From: Mobula hypostoma
Taxonomy: Eukaryota
Reading direction: 5' to 3'
NCBI RefSeq assembly: GCF_963921235.1
Contig: NC_086120.1
Coordinates: forward strand, 8,246,001 to 8,310,000
Length of the DNA: 64,000 bases
The notes under the pieces: generated by a model
The model's input: the letters and a program-made list of their open reading frames with translations, nothing else
The model's database searches: none
What the model was told of the DNA's origin: nothing
Made by a program: the position numbers and the translations under genes
In this document: piece by piece, positions 50,141-63,079 of the stretch
Layout of the letters: each line of letters opens with the position of its first letter
Position numbering within the stretch: the first letter of the stretch is position 1

Positions 50141-51418
50141 GAACGACTCGTCTTGTAGAATGCAGTTTACAGGGAGAAGGCTGGCAACTGGGTTTGAGGA
50201 GGACATAGAGAAAAAAGGATCAGCCAAGATTCAATGGTGGAGCAGACTCCAATGGCCTGATGGTCTAAATCTGCTGCTGTGTTTTATTGTCTTATTTTTA
50301 TAAACTTCTAACAGGTCTCTCCAGATTCTTTGCTTTTCTAACGAAACAACCTAGGTTGTCCATACACTCCCTATAGTGGAAACCATGTTATCTAGGCAGC
50401 TTCCTGATAAACATCCTCTGTACCTATCCGTAGTCTCCATATCCTTGTCAGAATGAGCTAATAGAATTGATGTTATACATTAAGCTATGGAGGTGCCAAC
50501 AGCAAGCTGAAGAGAAAGAGCAAAGACTTATACCTTTTCATATTCTATCTGAGTTCGGTGCCTTTTCTGCTCACTTTGAATGGCAGAACATTAAGGTGTC
50601 TTCACAAATCCCCACAGACCCAATGACCCTGTCATCTCAGTTTCTGAAACTGACGTGAGAGATCCTTCAGGAGGGTGAACCCAAAGGAGGCATCTGGCCC
50701 AGATGGCTTATGTGCCAACTACTGTGCAAATCAACTGGTTGGAGTGCTCATGGACATCCTCAAACTTGTGTTTTGTCATTCTCAGACAATCAGACATCAT
50801 TTATACAAATGTGCAAAAAGAACATGGTATTCTGCCTCAATGACTGTCATCCAGTTATGCTTACATCCACTGTGATGAACTGATTCAAGATGTTAGTCAC
50901 GAAGCCTATCACCTGCTACTTGAGGAAGAAACAGGATCCACACCATTTCACCTACCATCACAATAGTTCAATGGTACATGTCATTTATTGTTCTTCATTG
51001 ACCACAACTCAGCATTGAACATTATCATTCCCTCAAAAGTCATCAGTAATCTCTAAGACCTGGGCCTCAGTATCTCCCTATCTAACTGGCCCATCCAGTT
51101 ACTCATTGGCAGATCCCATTTGGTATGTATTGACAGCACTCACAGTCACCATCAGTCCATGAGCACCATAAGACTGTGTGCTTACTCCTTGCTCTTTAAG
51201 ATTGTTGATTATATCAGCATTGTGAGTCAAAACAAAAGCAGTGGTGAATTGGCATATGAAAGAAACTGAAAATCTGAATGGTGCCACAATAACCTCTCCC
51301 TCACCATCAGAAAAACCAAGGAGCAGATTATCAATTGCAGGAGGAAGAAACCAGACATTCAGGAGGCAGTCGCTAGTAAGGGAACAGAGGGCGAGTGGGT
51401 CCATAGCTTTAAACTCCT

Positions 51419-51760
51419 GGAGCGGAGCGGAAGTGGCCACACTATTGGTTCTATCTGAGGTATCATAATAGCCCTTTCTTTTCTTTTTCCTTTCCTTAGT
51501 TTTCTTATAGTTTGGGCAGATTAGATTTTTTAGGGGATTTTTTTTCTTTTTCTGTTTTTTGATGATAATTTTGTATTTTATTTATATTCTTTATATATTT
51601 TCTTGTTAATCTATGTGAGCTTGGGATATTTACTAACTATGTGTTACCTAACTGTAACCCTTAATAATTAATATCAATTAATACAATCCCAATTGCTCTG
51701 TTATACTTTTGTAATGTGTATGATGTTGAAACTAATAAAAAAAAATTGTAAAAGGAAGAA
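51419..51760 (+). mobile_element. L1-like 3' end with A-rich tail and 14-bp TSD
   Basis: AGCTTTAAACTCCT at 51405-51418 and 51761-51774. T-rich body, then AATAAAAAAAAATTGTAAAAGGAAGAA. Confidence 0.8.
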
Positions 51761-52252
51761 AGCTTTAAACTCCTTGCTGGTAACATATCAGTAGAAGTGT
51801 GCAGGGGGTACAGCGTAAGAGTCATTACAAAGAAGACACAACAACACTTCTGCTTTCTTCAAAGTTAGATTCGTCAATTCACCAAAAACTTTGACAAACG
51901 TGTAGAGATGCACTGTGGGGAGCATTCTAATTGGTTGCATCACGGCCTGGTATGGAAACACCAATGCCCAGAAGAAGATAAAACTACAGAAAGTGGTGGG
52001 TACAACCCTGTCGATCACAGGTAAATCCCTCCCCTCCACTGAGTACATTTACTTGGTGAGCTGCACAAAAGCAGCATTTATCATCAAAGACTCGTACAAT
52101 CTAGGTCGTGCTTTTTTTTTTTCACCACGACCTTCAGGTATGATGGACAGTTTCAAGAACAGTTATTATTTTATAGCCTGGTTTCTTGAAACACCAAACA
52201 TAAGCTTATTCAAACTACTCTGAACTGCTTCATGACCTACTTTCAAGGACTC

Positions 52253-52935
52253 AGTAGTGAAGAAGGCGAATGCAATGTTGGCATTCATTTCTAGAGGAAT
52301 AGAGTATAGGAGCAGGGACGTGATGTTGAGGCTCTATAAGGCGCTGGTGAGACCTCACTTGGAGTACTCTGGGCAGCTTTGGTCTCATTATTTAAGAAAG
52401 GATGTGCTGACGTCGGAGGGGGTACAGAGAAGATTCACTAGAATGATTCCGGGAATGAGAGGGTTAACATATGAGGAACGTTTGTCCGCTCTTGGACTGT
52501 ATTCCTTGGAGTTTAGAAGAATGAGGGGAGACCTAATAGAAACATTTCGAATGTTAAAAGGCTTGGACAGAGTGGATATGCAAAGTTCTTTCCCATGATG
52601 GGGGAGTCTAGTACGAGAGGGCATGACTTAAGGATTGAAGGGCACCCATTCAGAACAGAAATGCGAAGACATTTTTTTTTAGTCAGAGGGTGGTGAATCT
52701 ATGGACTTTGTTGCCACAAGCAGCAGTGGAGGCCAAGTCACTGGGTGTATTTAAGGCAGAGATTGATAGGTATCTGAGTAGCCAGGGCATCAAAGGTTAT
52801 GGTGAGAAGACAGGGGAGTGGGACTAAATAGGAGAAAATGGATCAGCTCATGATAAAATGGTGGAGCAGACTCAATGGGCCGAATGGCCTGCTTCTGCTC
52901 CTTTGTCTTATGGTCTTATGGTCTTATGGTCTTAT
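52253..52935 (+). mobile_element. Young 5'-truncated CR1 with possible 6-bp TSD GGACTC
   Basis: ORF 52257-52598 is a CR1 RT C-terminus with a (CTTATGGT)n tail. GGACTC lies at 52247-52252 and 52936-52941. Confidence 0.93.
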
Positions 52936-53839
52936 GGACTCTTAATATTCTCAACATTAATTTTATTTGCATTATCTGTCCTCGTTTGCACAATTGGTGT
53001 TTGTTAGTTTTTGTATCTCAAGGATAAGTACTTTGATAACAAATGAACTTTGAACTTTATATATTAACATACAGTATACTGATTTCAAAAGAAATACATT
53101 TTGAAATATGTATCTAGTGTTCAATAACACAGAAGAGTATTATTGAACTCTGGATGGAATGTAAAACACTTCCTCTTTGATTCACAATGATCTCAAAATC
53201 CAACCTTTGATCACTTCATTTCAAATAATGATCTGCTCCCATCTGGGCAAATCATCTGGTCTCTTGATGTGACTCTCACACCAACCAGAATATAAATGGT
53301 CACTTTCTGTATCATGCATATTAGTTTGGGCCTGCATGCCCAGCAGCCACAACAGAGGTGGAGGGTAACCAAGTGCTAGTTTCAAGTCTGTACATGCGGC
53401 ATCAGGTGATGACTTTGAAGGAGTAGCATGTGGATGTTTGTTGATGAGACTGGAAACTAAGATATTTCATACACTGTTCCGAGCATGGACTGCATGCATA
53501 TGTTAGATGTCAAAAAGCATGGAAACTCCACCTTTCACTCTGAACATATCTTTGTTGTGTCTGAACCACATCCGTTCCATGATAGATGTTCAACAGATCC
53601 ATTCCATGAACAATGGCTTACTAAGCTGAATTATATGGTTCATATTCCATTTTTCTTTGAAGCACATGCAGAAGCCACAAAGTGAGTGTGTGCTTTTGTG
53701 GATGGTCAGAATTCTGCTGCATAAGCTCATCCTGAGTCTGCATACTAGTGGTTATAGAAGTTCAACAGTCTCTCATTCCACAGTTCCTAAAACGAAGAAG
53801 GTTTTGCCTCCAGTAAAGGCAACTGGGTGTCAATCTGCT

Positions 53840-54210
53840 GTCCTCTTCTGGAATGGCACCGTTATACTCACACCAGTACCCATTCAGCCAGACTGCTCAG
53901 ATTGCTGATGCCTGTGGACAGAAGATGCAGCGTGAATCCCAATATGACTGTTCAAAGCTGCTGGAACAAGTTAATCGGGCTAATGTGCAGTCTTCCACAG
54001 CTGAGTCCGGTGATGAAAATTAGATGGATTTGCAGCCTGGTCTACTGCTTCTGCTCTGTAAACAAGGTCTCTCTGCGGTTCTGATGCCAGACCTTGTGAT
54101 TCTCAATACAGTCCGGAAGTCTTCTTCTCCACTTTGGCTGGTCATGGGCCAGGCATTCCCCGGTATCACTGTTGAGATTGCATTTCTTCAGTCTGTCTTT
54201 ATTTTTTTTC
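53840..54210 (-). mobile_element. RTE/BovB-like LINE 3' fragment
   Basis: Minus translation ..RLKKCNLNSDT.ECLAHDQPKWRR.. resembles the RTE ORF C-terminus. Confidence 0.6.
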
Positions 54211-54689
54211 ATTAACAACCTGGAAATCTCTTTGCATAATGGACCTGAGAATAGCAGGTTTTAAACACACAACTTACTTTCTGCCCAGTGTAGCTAACTG
54301 AGAGTAATGAAGGGTTTGGTACGAGGGATGATAACCTGGCTGATAATGATAACACGGATTCACTTGTCCTTGCAGTGAATGGTCAGTGACAGCTGGTATT
54401 TTTTTCCCAATGCCTGGTGATACCTACTGCAGGTATCTAAAATGTAAGATGACACACGACACATGCGTCTTGAAGTAGTACTGATTTGTTGTTAATTCAT
54501 TGCGGATGAGCACATCCCAAATGAGAAACACTGAGCAGGTAGAGAGCTGTCTTGTAAAAAAAATGCTGCAGTCTTCTTAAGCTATTAGCCAGTGATTGTG
54601 AATAAGAAATTCTCACACTTTGATTCAGCAAAAAAGGGAAATAAATTGGAATGACTTGGGAAATTACACTTACTAGTGTTTCTATGAAC

Positions 54690-55900
54690 TTTTTACACTG
54701 TCTTTATAGACGTCTTTGAGACCTGTTATCATTCCGCGGCCCGGTCAGGGGCAGGAGAAGGCCACAATAATGGAGTTACTCACAGGTCAGCAATACTTGT
54801 TTAAATGTAGAGATGGGATAAGTGAGGTGGCCATTGTTGTGACTAGGCCAGTGGTGAGAGTAGGTGTTACAGACTTTGGCTTGAAAGAGGTGTTGGCTCT
54901 GGGTAAGCTTCTGCTAAGTTTCCTTTTTTTCTCTCTCTCTATTATTGTGCCTAGTGCAGTAAATGGCTATTGTCTGTTCTTAATGCCAGATTTGGAATCC
55001 TGGGAGTCTTAGAGAACTACGTCTGGATGAAGTGCATCCAACTTCAGTTCCTTGAAAACAGCAGCTGGATGAATTTCGGCTTGTATGGGAGAGTGAAGAG
55101 ATAATCAATCTGAGTTACAGGGAAGTAGTCTCCCTTAAGTAGCAAGAGGCGAAAAGCTGGGTGACTGTCCAGAGAAATTTCAATGTGAATAGGCATTTAC
55201 CGCAAAGCACCAATGTGGCTATTCCTCTCAATAATAAATATACCACTTTGGATAATGTTATGTGGGATACCACGGAGACTGGGTTACTGGCACTGAGAAT
55301 AGGTCTATGGTGCAAAAGGAAATGAGGGAGAAGAGGGGAGTGTTAGTGTTAGAGGACTCAATAGTCAGGGGAATGGGCAGAAGATTCTCTGGATGTGAAC
55401 GAGACACTTGAAAGGTATGTTGCCTCCCTGGTGCCAGGGTCAGGATGTCTCGGATCATATCCACAGCATTTTGTAGAGGCAGGGAGAGCAGCCAGATGTC
55501 TTGGACATATTTCTACTTATGACATAGGAATGATAACCCAAAGGTCCTGAAAAAAAGAAGAATTTAGAGAGCAAGGTAGAAAGTTGAGAAGCAGGACCTG
55601 CAGATAGTAATTTCTGGATTGTTACACATGCCATGCACCAGTGAGGGTAGAAATAGTATGATATGGCAGATTAAGATTTGGCTGAAAAGCTGGCGTAGGG
55701 GGCAGGGCGTCAGGTTCCTAGATCATTGGGATCTCTTCTTGGGGAGGTATGACCTGTTCAAAAGTGACAGGTTGAACCTGAACACGAGGATGGACCAATA
55801 TTCTCATGAGGTGGTTTGTTAGAGCTTTTGGGTAGGGTTTAAACTTACTTGGTGGGGGTGGGGGGAGGTACCAGAGTTAAGACATTCAGGATAGTATGAA
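54690..55900 (+). mobile_element. CR1 5' region with ORF1 esterase (SGNH-like) domain, decayed
   Basis: ..EDSIVRG..RRF...CCLPGARV.D.. at about 55350-55450. ORF 55619-55822: WLKSW.RGQG.RFLDHWDLF.GR.DLFK.D.L.LN. Confidence 0.8.
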
Positions 55901-55949
55901 TGGACTCATTTCAAGAGGCTTGGTATACAAGAGGAGGTATGTGATGCTG

Positions 55950-56900
55950 AGGCAGCCTTTTATCATCCATTTTACCCCTGGGAAAATTTGATATAATTTT
56001 CAGGTCTCAGGGAAGTCTGCATAAAAATATTATGTCTAGAGCTCACAGTACATTACCTTGATTGTAAGTTGTAGATTTAATAATCCAAACACAATTGTTT
56101 ACGTCCTTTCGAGTAGAGATTAATTTTGGCCAACTTTTCTTGAAAAAAAAACACAGGTAGGTATGCTCAGTTTACCTGTCTTAAGATTAATCTCTTTTCC
56201 CCTTCATACCTTCTAAAAACACAAAGTCAATCCAAATAAATTTCTGTAAGATAATTGGCTTAAGCCAAAATAGGATTTAGTTTTACCAAATGCAGGCTCG
56301 CTATGATTCACTGCAATAAAAGTTGTAAATTGATTTTAATTAATGCTATTTAGAACACAAAAAATTGATTGACAATGTTTAATAATAAAGTTACTGAAAA
56401 CCATAACCCAATGCAACATAATTCCTCCAAGACAGACCTTTTGTTTCCAGCTATGAAGACAAAACATAAAATATATCTTTGCCTTTGCTTGTTTTGGGCA
56501 GCTCTGCACTGAAAAGTTTTCTTGAATTTCACCATTATTTACAATTCTTACAAATGCTATAACATTACATTTATTGGCGAAATCTGTTGACTCATCAACC
56601 TCGATAGAGAAGTGGCAGTTTTTCTGTTTATCACTCTTTAGTGATAATTCTTCAGTGATAATAATATGACGTGATCAATATACGTACTTATCACAGTGAT
56701 GAGAGTGAAACCTTTTCAATTTCTTGTACTGCATCTTGTCCGAGCATTTTACCCACTATAATTTTTCATGCTGGCATTATTAGGTTCTCACCAAATGTGT
56801 GACTTTTCCTTTTTTTGGTAACAAGTTCTACTGTTTTGCTGGAGTCATTCCCGCCTTTTTAAGTTGTATGTCACAGACGAGGCACAATGGAATAGGACAA
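55950..56900 (-). mobile_element. Second hAT (Buster/Charlie) remnant, N-terminal transposase plus terminal sequence
   Basis: Minus translation KSHTFGENLIMPA*KIIVGKMLGQDAVQEIEKVSLS and FSIEVDESTDF at 56560-56820. Segment 55990-56060 (AAATATTATGTCTA.AGCTCACAGT) matches 47490-47520. Confidence 0.8.
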
Positions 56901-57226
56901 CCTGGGTCACCAGTCCAAGTAAAAGCCATTGATAAGTAGCTATCACTGTAAAGATGGACTTTTTTTTTGTGTCAGGTGTCGCACTAGTGCAGTGAACTGA
57001 CTCAGAAGATTGTGCCATCAGACAATGGACCTTCAGACATGTCTTGAAAACACGGGAGTTAACAAAATATTGAAAATAAAAGCATAATAATTAAATAAAT
57101 GAGGAAACTGCAAAAAACTGAAAACTTGACAATACAATTCACTTCTAACCTACACAATCTACCTTATGCAGAGTTTCCATCAGCAAAGCGGCAGGCCAGT
57201 GGCGCAAAAAATTCCTTCTTTTAAAT

Positions 57227-57378
57227 TAAAATTTCCTTCCAATTTTCCGTTGCACCAGTAGAGTTCGTTCGTTCCCTTAAATCAGTCAGCAGCGTGTAAA
57301 GGTAAAATTTCCTTCCAATTTTCCGTTGCACCAGTAGAGTTCGTTCGTTCCCTTAAATCAATCAGCAGCGTGTAAAGG
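57227..57378. repeat. Tandem duplication, 2 x 76 bp, 1 mismatch
   Basis: Copies at 57227-57302 and 57303-57378, differing only at AATCAGTC versus AATCAATC. Confidence 0.97.
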
Positions 57379-57819
57379 GAAGTTAAGGAGAGGTAATCCG
57401 GGAGGGAGACGCTGATGTCACAGTCCAATTGGAGCGAGTCCATTCGATGCTCCGATAACTCACATCACTCTCCTTATCAGCCTACTGTCCTCCCCTCCGT
57501 GCAATATAGTGCTCATCAATTAACAAGGACCTCTCCTATCTCGCTTCAAAAATGGGGAATGGACCCAATCAAATAAATACTGCCCTGCTGCGCACTGCCA
57601 TACTGGTCTGAGTTTGCCAACAAGGCTGCTCGGTCGCTGCCCACCACTGCAAACGCTAGCATCGCATACTCCACAAATTTCAAAAACTGATGCTTTGTTT
57701 TTAAATCACGATCTCTTGCGGAACCCAGCTGAGATATCCCACTATATATGCACTACATTCTGCATTAAAACGTTGACCCTCACCTTAAACCTGGTTTTTA
57801 CTTACTCCTTCACTGGGTG

Positions 57820-58335
57820 AAGATCTATATAAATTCATACTCTCTAGACCGCCTTGACATTTTCACCTCTGTAAGTCTCTTTTCAAACTGATACGTTTCA
57901 AGAAATAATGTCCCAGTCCTACATATCCTGTCCTAATATTTGAAAACTGGAGCCCCAGTTGCATCCTTATAAATCTTCTCTGCACTCTTTCCAATTTAAT
58001 GTTGTCTCTTCTTTAACAAAACTAACAAATCTTTTACACAACACTCCAAGACCAGTTTCAAAAACATCTTGCACCACTGTAACGTAATGTTCCAACTCCT
58101 ATACAATGTCATGAATAATTAAGGCCAGCTTGCCAAATGCCCTTTCACACCATCTTGTCCACCTGAAAGTCGGTTCTAGTAATCTATGTACTTGTACACC
58201 CACGTCCCCTTTCACAACTGCGAAGGGTCTGACCACTTTGTCTGACTGTACAAGTCTTACCTGGTTTGACTTCCCTCAGTACAACACTTCACACTTACCA
58301 GAATTGGATGTCATTTTACAATCCTCAGTCAGAGT
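57820..58335 (-). mobile_element. Old CR1 RT C-terminal fragment
   Basis: Degenerate similarity to the CR1 3' coding region (CCCAGTCCTACATATCC...GCCAAATGCCCTTTCAC). Confidence 0.55.
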
Positions 58336-58339
58336 GAAA

Positions 58340-60395
58340 ACATGTATTACCTGACGGACCAATCAGACTACACGTTACTGGATTGCTTTAATGACTAGCC
58401 GGATTTGTCCCGAGTAGACGGAAGTGGCCACCACTTCAGCCGAAGCGAAGCGGATCGTTGAAGTTGCGCCCCAAACGTTATTATTGGCCCACCCAAACCG
58501 AAAAGCTAGGATTGATAGTTCCGTGTGCGCTGCACTACCACGCGAGACAAGGTCTTTGCCTCCGGAAAAGGTCAACAACTCAAGAAATGCCACTATTACC
58601 ACCGACAACCATCAAGACGTCAGTACAGGGACCAAATCCAGACAAAACTCTGCACTAACGACACACGCAGCATGTGGAAATGTCTGCACACCACTTCAGG
58701 CTTCAAAGGGAAACGCAATGATGCAGCCAACATCTCAGCTTCCCTCTCGGGACGAGCTAAATCTTGTTTATGCTTATTTTGAAATAGTTAACACTGAACC
58801 CTGAAGGAGAGCCACCAATGCGAACTGCGCCTTCAGCATTTCCAAGGCTGAGACACCTAGGGGGTCATTCCAGCGCGTCAGCAGTCGCTAGGCAGCGGGA
58901 ACGAACGGCATCCCAGAGCACTTACTCAAAGTGTGCCTGGCATGGCTGGCTGGTGTGTTCACAGACATTTTTAAACTTTCCCTCTCCAAGTGTGTAGTGC
59001 CTACCTGCTTCAAAACATCTACCATTGTCCCTGTACCAAAGAAAGCCAAGGTAGCACGTCTGAGTGATTGGCGTCCTTGAGCACTCACCTCAATCGTAAG
59101 CAGATGCTTTGAGAGGCTGGTCACTGACTACATCTAAAGCATGCTACCACCCACCCGGGGCCCCCTATAATTTGCCTTCCGATACAACCGACCAACAGAT
59201 GACGCTATAGCCACAGTACTACGCAATGTTTTCATTCACCTGGAGAATAGAGATGCTAATGTTAGAATGCTTTCTTAGACTACAGTTCATCATTCAACAC
59301 CATAATTACCTCCAGGCTCGACAAGAAGCTTAGAGCCCTAGGCGTGTACTCCACCTTGTGCAGCTGGATCCTGGACTTCCTGTTGGATCGCCGGCCGATA
59401 GTAAGGGTGAGCGCCCTCACCTCTGTCCCTTTGACCCTCAACACTGGAGCCCCCCAGCACTGTGTTCTGAACCCCCTCCTCTACGCATAATACTGCCAAA
59501 ACTGTGTTACCAGACACAACTCAAATCTGCTAATCAAATGAGCAAATGACACGTCATTGATACGCTTATTTTCAACTATGGCGGGACCGCCTACAGAGGA
59601 GAAGTCAATGCCTTGACACAGCGCTGCCAAAGAAGCAACCTCTCCCTCAATGTAAAAAAAATGAAGAAGTTAATGAAGGATTACAGGAGGAATGGAGAAA
59701 GCCGAAACCCTATTGCTATCAATGTGACTGTACTTTAGAGGGTGAGTAGTTTAGAATTCCTCGGTATACAACAGAGGATCTCACCTGGACTGTACATACT
59801 GGCTGTGTGGTGAAAAAGGCACAACAGTGCCTCTTTCACCTCCCATGGCTGAACACGTTTGGCACGAGTCCCCAAATCCTCGGGACTTTCTATAGGTGCA
59901 GTATCGAGAGCATCCTGAGAGTCTGTGTCACCGCCTGGAATGGGAACTGTACTACCGTCAATTGCAGAGTGGTACGAACAGTCCAGTGCATCTATGGATG
60001 TGAACTTTCCTCTATTCAGTACACTTGCTCTAGCAGATGTATAAAAAGGGTCTGGAAGATCATCACGGAATCCAGCCACCCTAACCAGAAACTGTTTCAG
60101 CTGCTTCCACCTGGCAAACAGTACGGCAGCAGTCAGGCCAGGACTCATAGGCCCCGGGGCAGCCTTTTTCACCAGGCCATTAGATTTATCAATACACATT
60201 GATCTGTTCACATACCGGACTGTACATTGTATCTGACTGTAGATACATGTACACAAAACAATTATTGACACAATCCTAGTGTTTGGGCGCTATCCCTTCA
60301 TTGTTCCCGTTCTTATTGCTTGTATATAGTGACAGAGAGGCAAAATAGAGATTTTTTACCCTCTCATGTTGTGAGATGGATGTAAGAAATAACAT
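58340..60395 (+). mobile_element. Rex1/Babar LINE, long decayed ORF2 and tail
   Basis: ..QTKLCTNDTRSMWKCL.., CLAWLAGVFTDIF.LSL....VPTCFKTSTIVPVPK, and ORF 59807-60202 (VKKAQQCLFHL....FG.SPQIL.TFYRCSIESIL). Confidence 0.9.
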
Positions 60396-61065
60396 TCTAA
60401 TTTGAAGGATTTGCTTATTGTTGATAGACTAAATATATGGCTCTCTTTCCCTGACCAGAGCCTTGATATCATTAGTCAGTCGAAATTCTCAACACTTGCC
60501 AGCCTGGCTTTTCACTCCAGCAGAAACATGCAATCTCAGGGCTCCTGATGTCACACTTTTAAAATCTTCCCATGTGACATTTGTTCCATTTCCAGCAAGC
60601 AGTTTTGCCCGGTCAACCTTCGCAAGGTTTAGCCTTATCTCTCCGAATCTTGCCCTGTCTAAGTTTAGGATGTTAAGCCCTGGACTGATCATATTTTCTC
60701 ATAACAATTAAAAACAAAATAGCAGAATAAAGGTTACTAGACACAAGGTGCTCCCGAATTGACACTTGACGTGCTGACCTTATTCCATCAGAAGAGGTTC
60801 AGTTCTGTGACCTCTCTATTAGAGACTTCTAGATATTGATCACGGGAACCTTATTGGACACATTTAACAAATTCCATCCCTTCCATGACCTTTGCACTAC
60901 GTGTGGCAATGTTGATGCAGCGAAATGCACAACTCCTATTAAATCTGCCCTACTTCTCTTATAATTATCTGCAATCTCTGTACACATCTGCACACCTAAT
61001 TTTCACTCATTATTGGGGGAGAGTTTATTAAAACGCCTCAATAAAGTAACCATCAAATTCATGTT

Positions 61066-61693
61066 ACATACATCAAAGTTGCTGGTGAATGCAGCAGGCC
61101 AGGCCGCATCTCTAGGAAGAGGTACAGTCGACGTTTCAGGCAGAGACCCTTCGTCAGGACTAACTGAAGGAAGAGCTAGTAAGAGATTTGAAAGTGGGAG
61201 AGGGAGGGGGAGGGGGAGATCCAAAATGATAGGAGAAGACAGGAGCGGGAGGGATGGAGCCAAGAGCTGGACAGGTGATTGGCAAAGGGGATATGAGAGG
61301 ATCATGGGACAGGAGGCCCAGAGGATGGGCAAGGGCTATAGTCAGAGGGACAGAGGGAGAAAAAAGGAGAGTGAGAGAAAGAATGTATAAAAATAAATAA
61401 CAGATGCGGTATCAGGGGGAGGTGGGGCATTAGCGGAAGTTAGAGAAGTCAATGTTCATGCCATCAGGTTGGAGGCTACCCAGACGGAATATAAGGTTTT
61501 GTTCCTCCAACCTGAGTGTGGCTTCATCTTTCCAGTAGAGGAGGCCTTGGATAGACATGTCAGAATGGGAATGGGATATGGTATTAAAATGTGTTGCCAC
61601 TGGGAGATCCTGTTTTGAATTAAAATGTGTGACACCAGCAACCTGATGTCTGTTGCTTGAATTTCCAGCATCTGCAGAATTCCTCTTGTTTGC
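61066..61693 (-). mobile_element. Penelope-like retroelement 3' fragment (GIY-YIG C-terminus and terminal repeat)
   Basis: Minus translation near 61430-61600 gives ..LRLEEQNLIFRLGSLQPDGMNIDFSNFR. A CT-rich tract and the conserved terminal repeat follow. Confidence 0.88.
61125..61162 (-). ncRNA. Minimal type-I hammerhead ribozyme motif in the Penelope terminal repeat
   Basis: Minus strand reads UAGUC CUGACGA AGG GUCUCUG CCU GAAAC GUC GACUG. The core CUGANGA/GAAA is intact, stem I is AGUC/GACU, stem II is AGG/CCU, and the triplet is GUC. Confidence 0.7.
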
Positions 61694-61759
61694 ATTATCA
61701 AATTCATGTTTCTCAGTTCCGCATCTATGACCTGATTTGGTGATCAGCTCGGATTAGCT

Positions 61760-62910
61760 TCTTTAACTACTGTTGTTATGTCCTCCCCCATCATAGTGAC
61801 AACTCCCGCTCCTCTCATACTTGTACCTCTGTCATGTCTGCAGCATCTGTGTCCTGGAACATCAAGTCACCAGTCCTGCCCTTCCCTCAGTCATCTTTGT
61901 GTTAGGCAATAATATCCACTCCCCAGAGCAAATCCATCCATCCACCTTACCTGTTCAATCTCTTGCATTGACTGAAATGCAGTTTCATCCAACGGTCTTT
62001 CCTTTTTCCTTTATTGTTTCCCTAGCTATCCTGACCACTGACATTTCTCTCATTAGCTACAATATTGTCCCTGGCTTAACATGCACCTCTTTGCTGCTCA
62101 GGTGTCCCACTCCACTGCTGATCGAGATGAAACCTTCTCGCGTAGCAGCAGCAAAACTCTCTGCCAGAATATTGTTCACTCTCGAGGTTATACATATTCG
62201 CTCTATCATTTACAGGTCGGTTTTGTCCCAGACAAGATCCCAATGATCCAAGAACCTGAATCACTGTCCCTTTCACTACCTTCTCAGCCATGAATTTATA
62301 TGTCTCATCGTTGAGTTCCTGCCCACCAGAGACTACTACACAGGATGGCATGCTTTGTTTTATTTATTTCCTAACTCCCAATATTCACTGTGAAGAACCT
62401 TATCCCATTTTGTGTCCGTCGTTTTGTACCAATGTACCTAGAGACTTCTGACCTTTCACTTTTTTCCAAGAGAAGGCTCTGCAACTACCGTTAGATGTCC
62501 CAGACTCTAAATCCCGAGAGATAACACACCATCCTGTTGTCTCTTCAGTGGCTATCACAACCCCTGTCTGTCCCAAACTAACAAATCTCCTATCACAGTC
62601 GTTCAAACTGACTGCACCCTTTTTGACTGAGACTGTCAGTCAGTTACAGTGCCAGTGACTGCTGCTACAACCCATTGAGAGGTCACACCCCGAATATTAT
62701 TCAACAAAGCACACTTGTTACTGATGCAAATAACCACAGGAATGCCTGCATTGTCCACCTAATTTGGTGTCTCCCTTACCTCTCTTTTTGGTTTCCCAGT
62801 TTTCTGCCGCCACGTCTGTCTCTGTGACTAACTAAGCAAAAGTCGTATCGCTGAAGTTCTCATTACTGTGACTAACCAAGCAAAACTCGTATCGCTGAAG
62901 TTCTCATTTC
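61760..62910 (-). mobile_element. Decayed CR1 5'/ORF1 region
   Basis: Minus ORFs with VIQVLGSLGSCLG..RP.. and ..GWCVISRD.ESGT.. resemble CR1 ORF1 esterase pieces. Confidence 0.6.
62822..62909. repeat. Tandem duplication, 2 x 44 bp, 3 mismatches
   Basis: CTGTGACTAA(C/T)... units at 62822-62865 and 62866-62909. Confidence 0.93.
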
Positions 62911-63079
62911 TGTGCTGTAGTTTCTATGGTTCTATGGTTCTATGGTACTGCGATCGGACTTTCCCTTCATTCTTTCTTGAATTTCGGTGTCCAAAGCTGC
63001 CACAGTGAAGGAATTTCCTCTCACCTGTTGGGTAACAGGACCACACCGATGCAAGGAGCTGAGTCTCAATCCTGATCTC

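Larger units (their letters stand above)
50560..53060 (+). mobile_element. Decayed Rex1/Babar with nested L1-like and CR1 insertions
   Basis: NPKEASGPDG...CANQLVGV.MDI (50675), GSILIGCITAWYGN...KLQKVV (51915-52223), and a Rex-type tail at about 52940-53060. Confidence 0.85.

Noticed and set aside
62724-62731. Octamer ATGCAAAT (others near 10664 and 52965)
   Set aside because: They lie within decayed LINEs and are not followed by a TATA box or leader exon.
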